DNA from: a bacterium UBP6_UBA1209
GTDB lineage: Bacteria > UBP6 > UBA1177
Assembly: GCA_002309575.1 (NCBI GenBank)
Contig: DBXP01000004.1
Location: 4,077-68,076, forward strand
Length of the DNA: 64,000 bases
Reading direction: 5' to 3'
A program made the position numbers and the translations under genes. Position 1 is the first letter of the stretch, and every line of letters starts with the position of its first letter. Shown in pieces: positions 29,190 to 37,853 of the stretch. The notes under the pieces are model-generated. The model searched no databases, had not been told where the DNA came from, and worked only from the letters and a program-made list of their open reading frames with translations.

Positions 29190-30547
29190 TGCACATTCAT
29201 TTTATGGGAATAGGCGGGAGCGGGGTCAGCGGTCTTGCGGTTTTTGCCGCATCTCTCGGGTATAAAGTCTCCGGCTGCGATTCCTGTGAAAGCGACTATT
29301 TCAAGATGGTGAAGGGAAAGGGGATCCCATGCATGAAGGGGCATTCCGCCTCCCATCTCGACGGGGTAGATCTGCTGGTCCGCTCCAGCGCTGTCCGCCT
29401 TGACAACGAAGAGGTCGTCGAGGCAGAAAAACGCGGCATCGAGGTCAAAAGACGCGGTGAGTTCCTCGCATACCTTCTCAATGACCGCTATACGATAGGT
29501 GTCGGCGGAAGTCACGGAAAGACCACAACGACCTGGATGATCTTCAGACTTCTGAGAGAGGCCGGAGTCAGCGCATCGATCTATGCCGGCGGCAAAAGCG
29601 GCGGATTTTCGAGCATCTGCGATTCCGAGCCGTTTGTCGTCGAGCTTGACGAAAGCGACGGCTCCATCTTTCTGGCGAAGCCTGACTCTTTGGTTCTTAC
29701 CAACCTCGAATACGAGCACGCCGACTACTATAAATCGCCGCTTGAGATGCTGAAGCGTTTTGAGGATTACCTGCACTCCTACAGGCAGAAAAGCCTTGTG
29801 GTAGGCCGCGGATTCGACCTGAGCGACAGGATCTACGACGATTTTTCACCCCTTTCGTTCCCAAGCAGGGGTGAGGTCGAGAACGGCGAGCCATTCCAGA
29901 ACAGCGACGGCAGCGGCTTTACTTTTTCGAACGGAAAGCTCTGGTTCGAGCCGCACGGCAGGAAGGTCTGCGTCGGGCGTCTGAATGAGCCTCTGCACAT
30001 CCTGCAAAACAGGTCGGCGGCGCTGCTTGCAGCAAACAACTATCTTGGATCACAAGGAAGATCCATGCCGGATATCGATTATGAATCGTTTTGGAACAAT
30101 CTTCCGAAGGTCGACCGCCGTTTTCAGGTTGTCGGCAGCTACCACGGACTTTCGCTTGTTGACGACTACGCCCACCACCCGAGCGAGATCCGTGCAACGA
30201 TCGAGCAGGCAAGAGGGGCTTACCGCAGTTTTTACCTGATTTTCCAGCCGCACCGCTACAGCCGTTTTTCAGCCTTTTATGACAGGTTCGTAGAGACTCT
30301 GAAGGGTGTCGAAAACCTTTTTGTGCTGCCGGTCTACTCGGCCGGAGAGGAGAACCTGGATGTCGATTCAGAGAGCCTGGTTAAAGAGCTCAACGGTCTC
30401 GGCAATAATGCAAAATATTTTGAAAGTGTAGATCAAGTTGTTGATTTTATTAAGTTAAATGTTGATTCGTTCAAGGCTTCCGCGATCGTTTCAGTCGGCG
30501 CTGGAGACTTGAACCGTGTATTCAGAGAGCTTTTGGGGGCAAGGTGA
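29189..30547 (+). CDS. murC: UDP-N-acetylmuramate--L-alanine ligase
   Basis: MHIHFMGIGGSGVSGLA and GSHGKTTTT. ATG overlaps murG TGA by 1 nt. Confidence 0.95.
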   Translation: MHIHFMGIGGSGVSGLAVFAASLGYKVSGCDSCESDYFKMVKGKGIPCMKGHSASHLDGVDLLVRSSAVRLDNEEVVEAEKRGIEVKRRGEFLAYLLNDRYTIGVGGSHGKTTTTWMIFRLLREAGVSASIYAGGKSGGFSSICDSEPFVVELDESDGSIFLAKPDSLVLTNLEYEHADYYKSPLEMLKRFEDYLHSYRQKSLVVGRGFDLSDRIYDDFSPLSFPSRGEVENGEPFQNSDGSGFTFSNGKLWFEPHGRKVCVGRLNEPLHILQNRSAALLAANNYLGSQGRSMPDIDYESFWNNLPKVDRRFQVVGSYHGLSLVDDYAHHPSEIRATIEQARGAYRSFYLIFQPHRYSRFSAFYDRFVETLKGVENLFVLPVYSAGEENLDVDSESLVKELNGLGNNAKYFESVDQVVDFIKLNVDSFKASAIVSVGAGDLNRVFRELLGAR

Positions 30548-31383
30548 AGCTTAAAAAGGCAGCGAATATTTCAAGCCTGCTGACGATCAGGGTTGCGGAC
30601 GCAGAGTGCGATCTCTATTTCCCCGACGTCGTTGACGACATCCTGCTCTTTACGGATCAGTATGATGATTACTACGTCCTTTCGGGCGGAAGCAACATCA
30701 TCGCCGGAAAAATTGAAAAACCGGTCCTCTACATGGGAAATGTCATTTCCGGCAGCGATACGGATGACCTCGGCGAATTTTCGGTGAAGGTCTTTATGCC
30801 GTCGTGGGTCTCGATAGCCTCGCTTTTGAACTATTCGATAGCGAACGGGCTTTCCGGTGTCGAGTTTATGGCAGGGATCCCCGGGACGGTTGGCGGCGCT
30901 CTGGTCGGAAACGCTGCTCCGGCGGGCGATTCGTGGGATGACATCGTTGCGGTGATTTACATCGTTCAGGACGGCGAGATCTACCCGCTTGTCCCCGAGT
31001 ACGGCTACAGAACGCTGAAAAACAGGCCGGAAAGGCCGTTTGTGGTCTACGGCTGCGAGCTGATTCTGGTCAAGGACACTCCGGAGGGGGTGCGTTCGCG
31101 CATCCTGCACTACCTCTCGAAGCGTCCGAGGATAAAAGGTCACAGCGCCGGTTCGCTCTTTAAAAACCCGGAAGGCGAGAAGGCCGGAAGGCTGCTCGAG
31201 GCAGTCGGGATGAAGGGGTTTTCGGTTGGCGGAGCCAAGCTCAGCGACAACCACGCGAATATTGTTGTGAACAGCGGCGAAGGCTGTTTCGATGACTTTT
31301 GCCGCCTCAGAGATACGGCGATCGAAAGGGTACGCGAGCGTTTCGGTATAACGCTTGAACCCGAGGTGAAATTTTGGAGTTAG
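30544..31383 (+). CDS. murB: UDP-N-acetylenolpyruvoylglucosamine reductase
   Basis: GGSNII FAD-binding motif and GGAKLSDNHANIVVN. GTG start overlaps murC stop. Confidence 0.85.
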   Translation: MKLKKAANISSLLTIRVADAECDLYFPDVVDDILLFTDQYDDYYVLSGGSNIIAGKIEKPVLYMGNVISGSDTDDLGEFSVKVFMPSWVSIASLLNYSIANGLSGVEFMAGIPGTVGGALVGNAAPAGDSWDDIVAVIYIVQDGEIYPLVPEYGYRTLKNRPERPFVVYGCELILVKDTPEGVRSRILHYLSKRPRIKGHSAGSLFKNPEGEKAGRLLEAVGMKGFSVGGAKLSDNHANIVVNSGEGCFDDFCRLRDTAIERVRERFGITLEPEVKFWS

Positions 31384-31400
31384 ACTTTTCGGAGGTCGGG

Positions 31401-32306
31401 ATGAGTAAGCTGGACAAAAATTTAAAGATTGCGGTCATAGCGGGCGGAATGTCCGACGAGCGTGAGGTGAGCCTTCAGACAGGCAGAATGATGTACGAAG
31501 CCCTGGTCAAAGAGGGTTACGCAAACGTCAGCTTTGTCGATGTCGATTTCACTCTTGACCAGAAGCTGAGAGAGATCAAGCCTGATGTCGTTGTCAACGG
31601 CCTGCACGGAAAGTACGGAGAGGACGGTACGGTTCAGGGCCTTCTCGAGATGATGAAGATCCCTTACACGAATTCAGGCGTCGCGGCAAGCGCAGTCGGA
31701 ATGAACAAGATCCTCTGCAGGGCTGTCATGGAGGAGTGCGGGATCAGGACTGCACCCGGCAAGACGGTGGTTTTCACAGAGGATCTGCCGGCTCCGTTCG
31801 ACTATCCGTTTGTCATAAAGGATCCGGTAAACGGTTCCAGCTGCGGAGTCTACATCGTCAAGAGCGACGAGGAGTGGAGCAGTGTCAAGCCTGAGCTCAA
31901 GGTCGGCAAAGTCTATCTCTGCGAGAAGTTTTTCAAGGGCAGGGATATCGACGTCGCGGTGCTCGACAACAAACATCTTGGCAACGTGGCTATCCTTCCG
32001 ACCAACGAATTTTACGATTATGACGCGAAATACAACAGCGATTCGACGGTTTACATCGTCGATCCCGAGCTTGAACCGGATGTCAGGGCCGAGATCGAGT
32101 CTGCTGCCGTGAAGCTTCACAATGCTATCGGCTGCAAGGGTGTGACGAGAAGCGATTTCCTTGTCGACGGCAAGGATTACGTGATGCTCGAGATCAATAC
32201 TCTTCCCGGAATGACCGGCCACTCGCTTGTTCCGATGATCGCGAAGAAGAGTGGCATAAGCTATATCGAACTGCTTGAAATGTTAATTGCCGAAGCTTTG
32301 GGATAA
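31401..32306 (+). CDS. ddl: D-alanine--D-alanine ligase
   Basis: KIAVIAGGMSDEREVSL and ATP-grasp motifs. GGAGG SD precedes ATG 31401; the listed ORF starts earlier in frame. Confidence 0.9.
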   Translation: MSKLDKNLKIAVIAGGMSDEREVSLQTGRMMYEALVKEGYANVSFVDVDFTLDQKLREIKPDVVVNGLHGKYGEDGTVQGLLEMMKIPYTNSGVAASAVGMNKILCRAVMEECGIRTAPGKTVVFTEDLPAPFDYPFVIKDPVNGSSCGVYIVKSDEEWSSVKPELKVGKVYLCEKFFKGRDIDVAVLDNKHLGNVAILPTNEFYDYDAKYNSDSTVYIVDPELEPDVRAEIESAAVKLHNAIGCKGVTRSDFLVDGKDYVMLEINTLPGMTGHSLVPMIAKKSGISYIELLEMLIAEALG

Positions 32307-32307
32307 A

Positions 32308-33180
32308 ATGAAGTCAATACTTAACATTTTGAAAATGCTGGGATATTTCCTCGGCGTCCTGCTGCTGACGATCCTGCTCAACGAGAGCTACTATGCAGCG
32401 GACAATATGATCGCCTACATAAAAGGCAGAGATGTTTTTGTCGTTTACCCCGAGAAAATCGATATTTACGGCAACCACAGGCTTTCAAACCAGAAGGTTC
32501 TGCAGCTTGCGGGGATAGAAAAGCCGGTGAATTTCCACGACATAGATACCTCAAAGCTTGAAAACAACCTGAAAAAGAACAGCGGCTGGGTCAAGGGCGC
32601 GTGGGTCCAGAAGAGCTATCCGGACTACGTAAAAATCACCGTGGAAGAGCATGTGCCGCAGATAATCGTCAACAGCAGAAAGTCCCGTGAGGGCAGGGAG
32701 TACAACTCTTTGTGGCTTGCCGACGGTACAGGCAGGCTCTTCATGCGGGCCGAGGCTTCGACCTACACCGAGAATCTGCCGGTTTTGTTTTTTGACTATG
32801 TTTCAGTGGACGAGGAGCATCAGAAAGAGAATATGATCGCACGCGAAAAAAACATCAAGGATGCGCTGATGATAGTTTCGATCTGGAAGGAGTTCTCGCC
32901 GGAATGTGATCTTGAAACGATGAGTTTCGAGGCGCTTCAGGGCTACTCCGTAAGATGCCGCAAAGGTGAAAAGCTTACGACCGAGGTCATACTCAGGGAC
33001 GACCGCACCGTCGACGACTGGAGGCGGATGATCAAAAAGTTCAAGGAGACCTCAGGTCTGCTCTACGGCCAGAACAAATGGGCCGGCGAGTTCATTTTTG
33101 ACGATGCGGACAATACCGACGGATTCCGCGCATACCTGGGCAAGGTCGTGCAGAATGTCAGTAAAAAGGGAGAAATTTGA
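32308..33180 (+). CDS. ftsQ: cell division protein FtsQ/DivIB-like (TM + POTRA)
   Basis: Single N-terminal TM, ~290 aa, canonical slot between ddl and ftsA. ATG 1 nt after ddl TAA. An alternative TTG start lies at 32287. Confidence 0.7.
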   Translation: MKSILNILKMLGYFLGVLLLTILLNESYYAADNMIAYIKGRDVFVVYPEKIDIYGNHRLSNQKVLQLAGIEKPVNFHDIDTSKLENNLKKNSGWVKGAWVQKSYPDYVKITVEEHVPQIIVNSRKSREGREYNSLWLADGTGRLFMRAEASTYTENLPVLFFDYVSVDEEHQKENMIAREKNIKDALMIVSIWKEFSPECDLETMSFEALQGYSVRCRKGEKLTTEVILRDDRTVDDWRRMIKKFKETSGLLYGQNKWAGEFIFDDADNTDGFRAYLGKVVQNVSKKGEI

Positions 33181-34406
33181 TGCCAAGAGAGAATCTTATT
33201 GTCGCGCTTGATGTGGGCACGGATAAGGTCGCAACTCTCGTTGCGGTTCAGGACGAGACCGGCTTGAAATATGTCGGCAAGGGTGTGGCGGACAACGAAA
33301 GCGGCATGATCGCCGGCAACGTTGTCAATCTCGAAGCAACGAGCAGCGCCATCAGGAATTCGGTCGCGCAGGCGGAAAAGGTCTCTTCAAAGATAATCAA
33401 ATCGGTCTACGTAAGCATCTCCGGTGAGCAGATCCGCTCGACATCCGGCAGAGGTGTCGTCACGATCCGCGGCAGCGAGGTCGCGCAGGTCGACATCGAC
33501 AACGTGATCAGCCAGGCGATGACTCTCAACATCTCTGGTGACCGCGAAATCGTCAATGTCGAGATCGGCGAGTTTGTCGTCGACGGCAGGACCGGGATCC
33601 GCAATCCCAAAGGCATGGCGTGCAAAAAACTTGAAGTCGAGGTGCTGATCCTCACCGCGTCGATGACGATGCTCAGAAACCTCGTGAAGGCGGTCGAGGA
33701 TGCGAAACTTCAGGTCGCCGGACTGCTCGTGAGCGGCATTGCAAGCAGCTGGGCAGTGCTCGAGGAGGATGAAAAAAAGCTCGGCGTCGCACTCGTGGAT
33801 ATCGGCGGCGGTTCGGCAGACATCGCGATCTACAGCAAGGGCGATCCGATATTTACGGCATCGGTCCCGCTCGGCGGCCGCAACATAACCAACGACATCA
33901 GCAGGGTCTTGAAGATCCCGCCGCAGGAGGCGGAAAAAATCAAGTGCGACAAGGGCGATGTCAACAGCGAAAATATCCCCGAGACCGAAGAGGTCGATGT
34001 TATTGAGATCGGGACCAACAAAAGCTGTAAAAAGAAGGTCAGGCAGCTTTCGGCGGTTCTCACCCCCAGAGTCGAGGAGATCCTCATCGAGGTCAAAAAG
34101 CGTCTTCAGGAGAGCCGCAAGGAGAATATGATCCAGACAAACGTCGTCATTACCGGCGGCACTGCGAATCTGAAGAATATCGAGCAGCTGGCGAGTGAAA
34201 TTTTTGAACAACCTGTCAGGATCGGAAGGCCTAATGTGGACGAAAAGGGAACGGGATTCCAGGATGTTCTCTGCTCCACGTCGTTTTCGACGGCAGTCGG
34301 CATGGTAAACTACTTCGCGAGCCGCGACAGGGTGGTCTTCGCAAAGGAGAGTGAGAGCATTATATCCAAAATTATCAACTACTTAAAACAACTTTTTATA
34401 CTATAG
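33177..34406 (+). CDS. ftsA: cell division protein FtsA
   Basis: Actin-fold motifs LIVALDVGTDKV and VDIGGGSADIAIY. Confidence 0.95.
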   Translation: MMPRENLIVALDVGTDKVATLVAVQDETGLKYVGKGVADNESGMIAGNVVNLEATSSAIRNSVAQAEKVSSKIIKSVYVSISGEQIRSTSGRGVVTIRGSEVAQVDIDNVISQAMTLNISGDREIVNVEIGEFVVDGRTGIRNPKGMACKKLEVEVLILTASMTMLRNLVKAVEDAKLQVAGLLVSGIASSWAVLEEDEKKLGVALVDIGGGSADIAIYSKGDPIFTASVPLGGRNITNDISRVLKIPPQEAEKIKCDKGDVNSENIPETEEVDVIEIGTNKSCKKKVRQLSAVLTPRVEEILIEVKKRLQESRKENMIQTNVVITGGTANLKNIEQLASEIFEQPVRIGRPNVDEKGTGFQDVLCSTSFSTAVGMVNYFASRDRVVFAKESESIISKIINYLKQLFIL

Positions 34407-34416
34407 CGGGGCGGAA

Positions 34417-35637
34417 ATGGGCATTCAGGCGGAAAAGAGAGATGTGGTCAGGCAGGCTGAGATCGGTGTTATCGGTGTAGGCGGCTGCGGCGGGAACGCA
34501 GTCGGAATGATGAGCAAAAAACGCAAGGAAGACGGGGACGAATCTGTATTGAGGACAACGCGGATCATAGCCGCGAATACGGATCTGCAGGCGCTTGACG
34601 ACGATGAGATCAAGCTCTGCGACAGCATTATCCAGCTCGGGCCGAATTTGACTCACGGCCAAGGTTCAGGCGGTCGTCCCGACACAGGAAAGGGTGCTGC
34701 CGAGGAGAGTCTTGTCAGCATCGCCGAAAAGATCAAGGGGCTCGACATGCTCTTTATCACAGCCGGAATGGGCGGCGGGACAGGTACCGGAGCATCGCCG
34801 ATCATCGCCAAAAACGCCAAAGAAAACGGCTGTTTGACAGTTGCTGTCGTTACCACTCCCTCCAAATACGAAGGCAAGAGGAAGATGCGTCTTGCAAACG
34901 AAGGCATCGAAAACCTCAAAAAATATGTGGATTCTCTGATCATTATCTCGAACGATACGCTTTTTGACTACGCCGGCGACGAGGAGTCTTCCGACATGTT
35001 CAAAAGAAGCAACGAGGTCCTTATCGATTCCGTTGAAAATATAACGACGCTCATAGCGAAACGCGGTGTTATGAATATCGACTTCGCCGATGTCAAAAAC
35101 ATCATGTCAGGCATAGGCTTGACCCTGATTGTGAGCGGACACGCCGAAGGCTCTGCCCGTCAGGCGGTCGAGGACGCCCTCAATTCCCAGCTTCTGGAGG
35201 GCTACACGATCAAGGGCTCGTCGCGTGCGATCATCTACTTCTCCGGAAACATCCCGGGCAGGGATCTCAAGGATGCGTGCGAATATTTCCTGCAGGAGAT
35301 AGGCAACGACGACCTTGAATATAAGCAGGGGCTTTGTCCTACTTCCGACAGTATGATCACGGTTTTCATCATTGCCGCGGCGACCAGAGTCGACAATGAG
35401 CTCAAAAGCTTTCTTCCCGAAGTAAACGAAAAGGTGCAGAGCGACATAACATCGTTTGCCGATGTTCCGCCGATACCGATGATCGGTCCCGAGGTAAAAC
35501 ATCTCTCTCAGCCGATTGCAAATATTCAGGCGACAAGTGTTCCGATATCCAAAAATTCACGTAAAGTCAGCATCGAAGAGTTCGATATCTTTGATATTGT
35601 CGAATCTACGGCAGAAAAGGTCGAGATCAAGAAGTAA
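34417..35637 (+). CDS. ftsZ: cell division protein FtsZ
   Basis: Tubulin signature GVGGCGGNAV and GGGTGTGASPIIA. Confidence 0.95.
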   Translation: MGIQAEKRDVVRQAEIGVIGVGGCGGNAVGMMSKKRKEDGDESVLRTTRIIAANTDLQALDDDEIKLCDSIIQLGPNLTHGQGSGGRPDTGKGAAEESLVSIAEKIKGLDMLFITAGMGGGTGTGASPIIAKNAKENGCLTVAVVTTPSKYEGKRKMRLANEGIENLKKYVDSLIIISNDTLFDYAGDEESSDMFKRSNEVLIDSVENITTLIAKRGVMNIDFADVKNIMSGIGLTLIVSGHAEGSARQAVEDALNSQLLEGYTIKGSSRAIIYFSGNIPGRDLKDACEYFLQEIGNDDLEYKQGLCPTSDSMITVFIIAAATRVDNELKSFLPEVNEKVQSDITSFADVPPIPMIGPEVKHLSQPIANIQATSVPISKNSRKVSIEEFDIFDIVESTAEKVEIKK

Positions 35638-35648
35638 CCTTCATTTTT

Positions 35649-35678
35649 CCTCAAAATTTCGGATATCTCCTTTTGAGG
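35649..35678 (+). terminator. hairpin 12 nt after ftsZ stop (8-bp stem CCTCAAAA/TTTTGAGG, 14-nt loop); weak terminator candidate
   Basis: Perfect inverted repeat 35649-35656 / 35671-35678 followed by an A/T-rich tract. No strong U-run. Confidence 0.3.
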
Positions 35679-35707
35679 AATAATCTTAAAATATTGGTTT
35701 AAACATG

Positions 35708-35741
35708 CCTTGTTTTCAAGCGTTTTTCTGCTATAATTCTC
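35708..35741 (+). promoter_or_regulatory. sigma70-like promoter copy 1 (TTGTTT-16nt-TATAAT), 34/34 nt identical to copy at 37429
   Basis: -35 TTGTTT at 35710-35715 and -10 TATAAT at 35732-35737. Exact 34-nt duplicate of 37429-37462. About 40 nt upstream of the MNT gene. Confidence 0.5.
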
Positions 35742-35777
35742 AGGTTTTTGCGTTTTATGACTTAAAAAGAGGTCGTC

Positions 35778-36080
35778 ATGGCAAAAGAAATAATGAGTGT
35801 TCAGGAAATAATGTCAAAAGTAAAACCTTTGGCTGACAGATACAAAATCAAGGAAGTTTATCTTTTCGGCTCTTATGCCAGGGACGAAGCCGATTCCGAG
35901 AGTGACATCGACCTGTTAGTATACGGCGGGGAAGGGTTCAAACTGACGAGAGTTTTCGCGTTCGCCGAAGAGTTACGCGAACTTCTTGACAAAAAAGTCG
36001 ATGTCTTTGAAATTCACGAGATCAATGAAGGCAGCGATTTTTACAAAAACATTATGAAGGACAGGATTCTTGTGGCATGA
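35778..36080 (+). CDS. nucleotidyltransferase (MNT/MntA-type) antitoxin
   Basis: Minimal NTase motif LFGSYARDEADSESDIDLLV. 100 aa. Confidence 0.85.
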   Translation: MAKEIMSVQEIMSKVKPLADRYKIKEVYLFGSYARDEADSESDIDLLVYGGEGFKLTRVFAFAEELRELLDKKVDVFEIHEINEGSDFYKNIMKDRILVA

Positions 36081-36412
36081 AGTATTCTGACAAACAACGC
36101 CTGCAGAAAATATATGAGTATGCAACCAGACTCTGCGACTGCATAAAAGAGAAAAACATCACGAAAGAAAGCCTTTTGAATGACTATTCGTTGCAATGGC
36201 TCGTAACCACGCCGCTTTACAACATCGGCGAGCATGTCTACTATCTCTCGTCAGAATTCAAAAAACAGCATTCGGATATCGAGTGGAATCTGATCGCTGG
36301 ACTCAGGCACAGACTTGTGCATGATTACGACGGTACGAACTGGAGTCTAATCAGTGATGTCGTGTTTGAGGAAATTCCCGCGTTGATCGAAAAATTGAAA
36401 AATCTGGTTTAG
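36077..36412 (+). CDS. HEPN/DUF86 (HepT-type) toxin
   Basis: R-x4-HxY HEPN motif RHRLVHDY. 111 aa. Overlaps the MNT stop (ATGA). Confidence 0.85.
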   Translation: MKYSDKQRLQKIYEYATRLCDCIKEKNITKESLLNDYSLQWLVTTPLYNIGEHVYYLSSEFKKQHSDIEWNLIAGLRHRLVHDYDGTNWSLISDVVFEEIPALIEKLKNLV

Positions 36413-36445
36413 ATTTAAGAAACAATAAGGAAACCAGACACATTC

Positions 36446-36470
36446 GTTCATTCCAACGGGGGACAAAATG
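36446..36470 (+). promoter_or_regulatory. conserved translation-initiation leader copy 1 (GTTCATTCCAACGGGGGACAAAATG)
   Basis: 23/25 nt identical to 37829-37853. Includes the SD (GGGGGA) and the ATG of the Sel1-repeat gene. Confidence 0.4.
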
Positions 36471-37343
36471 AAAAAAATTGTGATTTTTGTTGTTGTTTTG
36501 CTTGCGATGACATCGGTTTTCGCTCAGATGCCTGAAACAGACCAAGAGGCTTGCGAATATGCCAGAAACAACGACAATGCCAAGAACTGGCTTGAATATA
36601 TAGGCAAATTTCCAAAAGGAACGTGCCTTGCCGAAGCTCAATACAGTCTCGGTCTTATTTATCAACAAGGAAACGGAGTTCCTCAAGACTCTGCGGAAGC
36701 CTTTAAATGGTATAAGAAATCAGCAGAACTCGGCAACATTCATGCCCAGAACAATTTGGGACGTATGTATTTCAACGGAGAAAGTGTCCCACAAAACTCT
36801 GAAGAAGCCTTCAAGTGGTACAAGAAAGCAGCCGAACAAGGAAACACTCAATCCCAATATAATCTCGGAGTTATGTATGTTAATGGTCAGGGAATTCCCA
36901 AGAACTTTGATGAAGCAATAAAATGTTTTTTTAACGCAGCGGAAAGTGGTTTAGCTGCGGCACAAAACGAGATAGGAATCATGTACTACTTCGGTGAAGG
37001 TGTTAAACAGGACTATCAAACAGCTGTGAAATGGCTTAAACTGGCAGCAGAACAAGGTTATGCTCCGGCTCAATTCAATTTTGGACGTATGACTTTTAGC
37101 GGGGAAGGAATCCAGCAAAACTACGCAGAAGGTATAAAATGGATAACTAAATCGGCTGAACAAGGTTATATGAAAGCTCAAATCACTTTAGGAGCTATAT
37201 ATACTGACGGAAAAGTAGTCCGGCAGAATCTTGCGGAGGCAAAAAAGTGGTTCAAATATGCTGCTGACCAGGGTTCAGACAAGGCAAAATCCTATCTTAT
37301 GAAAATTGAAGCTGCGGAAAAAGCGGCAGAGAAAAATAAATAA
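36468..37343 (+). CDS. Sel1-like repeat (SLR/TPR-like) secreted protein
   Basis: Signal peptide MKKIVIFVVVLLAMTSVFAQ. At least 7 Sel1 repeats (AQYSLGLIYQQGNGVPQD.AEAFKWYKKSAEQG...). Confidence 0.85.
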   Translation: MKKIVIFVVVLLAMTSVFAQMPETDQEACEYARNNDNAKNWLEYIGKFPKGTCLAEAQYSLGLIYQQGNGVPQDSAEAFKWYKKSAELGNIHAQNNLGRMYFNGESVPQNSEEAFKWYKKAAEQGNTQSQYNLGVMYVNGQGIPKNFDEAIKCFFNAAESGLAAAQNEIGIMYYFGEGVKQDYQTAVKWLKLAAEQGYAPAQFNFGRMTFSGEGIQQNYAEGIKWITKSAEQGYMKAQITLGAIYTDGKVVRQNLAEAKKWFKYAADQGSDKAKSYLMKIEAAEKAAEKNK

Positions 37344-37428
37344 AAACTAGTTGAAAATATTCAAGGACAAGAATACGCAAAATTTAAGTAAGAGTAGGAA
37401 TTTTGCTCCGAAGCAAGATTTGTTTCAC

Positions 37429-37462
37429 CCTTGTTTTCAAGCGTTTTTCTGCTATAATTCTC
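37429..37462 (+). promoter_or_regulatory. sigma70-like promoter copy 2 (identical 34-nt duplicate of 35708-35741)
   Basis: -35 TTGTTT at 37431-37436 and -10 TATAAT at 37453-37458. Followed by GGGAGG SD and the small ORF. Confidence 0.5.
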
Positions 37463-37490
37463 GGGTTTTTTGATGGGAGGAGATATTAGC

Positions 37491-37721
37491 ATGATGCGAA
37501 AAGAATTCTGTGAAAAAGACGGGATATTGATTACTTATACCGATAACGATGTCTGCTTCGAGGAATGCAGCACGGCAAAAGCTGTATTGCTGGGAAACGA
37601 CGGAACAGTAATTCATTCAAATTTTGATCCCGAAAAGAACGATTTTTTCAAGGAATATCTCAAAAAGATTTATCCGGCAATCACGACATTCCGCTCGCTT
37701 GATTCTCTGGAGAGTGCATAA
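37491..37721 (+). CDS. hypothetical small protein (76 aa; no recognisable domain)
   Basis: ATG 37491 lies 10 nt after GGGAGG (37475-37480). Cys-containing (CEKDG...CFEEC). Stop TAA overlaps the next ATG (TAATG). The listed ORF begins at TTG 37470. Confidence 0.45.
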   Translation: MMRKEFCEKDGILITYTDNDVCFEECSTAKAVLLGNDGTVIHSNFDPEKNDFFKEYLKKIYPAITTFRSLDSLESA

Positions 37722-37798
37722 TGCCTGAATTCGAATTTGTGAATTTCTGGAAAGATTTCCACGGCGGTGAAGTCCGCTTCAAGGATAAGGAAAACTGA
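37721..37798 (+). CDS. hypothetical micro-protein (25 aa) translationally coupled to upstream small ORF
   Basis: TAATG overlap with the preceding ORF. Peptide MPEFEFVNFWKDFHGGEVRFKDKEN. Confidence 0.35.
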   Translation: MPEFEFVNFWKDFHGGEVRFKDKEN

Positions 37799-37828
37799 TT
37801 CCAAAACCTGACAATGTGTCGGGATAAT

Positions 37829-37853
37829 GTTCATTTCAACGGAGGACAAAATG
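37829..37853 (+). promoter_or_regulatory. conserved translation-initiation leader copy 2 (GTTCATTTCAACGGAGGACAAAATG)
   Basis: 23/25 nt identical to 36446-36470. Includes the SD and the ATG of the lipoprotein gene. Confidence 0.4.

Noticed and set aside
33387-34211. 274-aa minus-strand ORF
   Set aside because: Antisense to ftsA.
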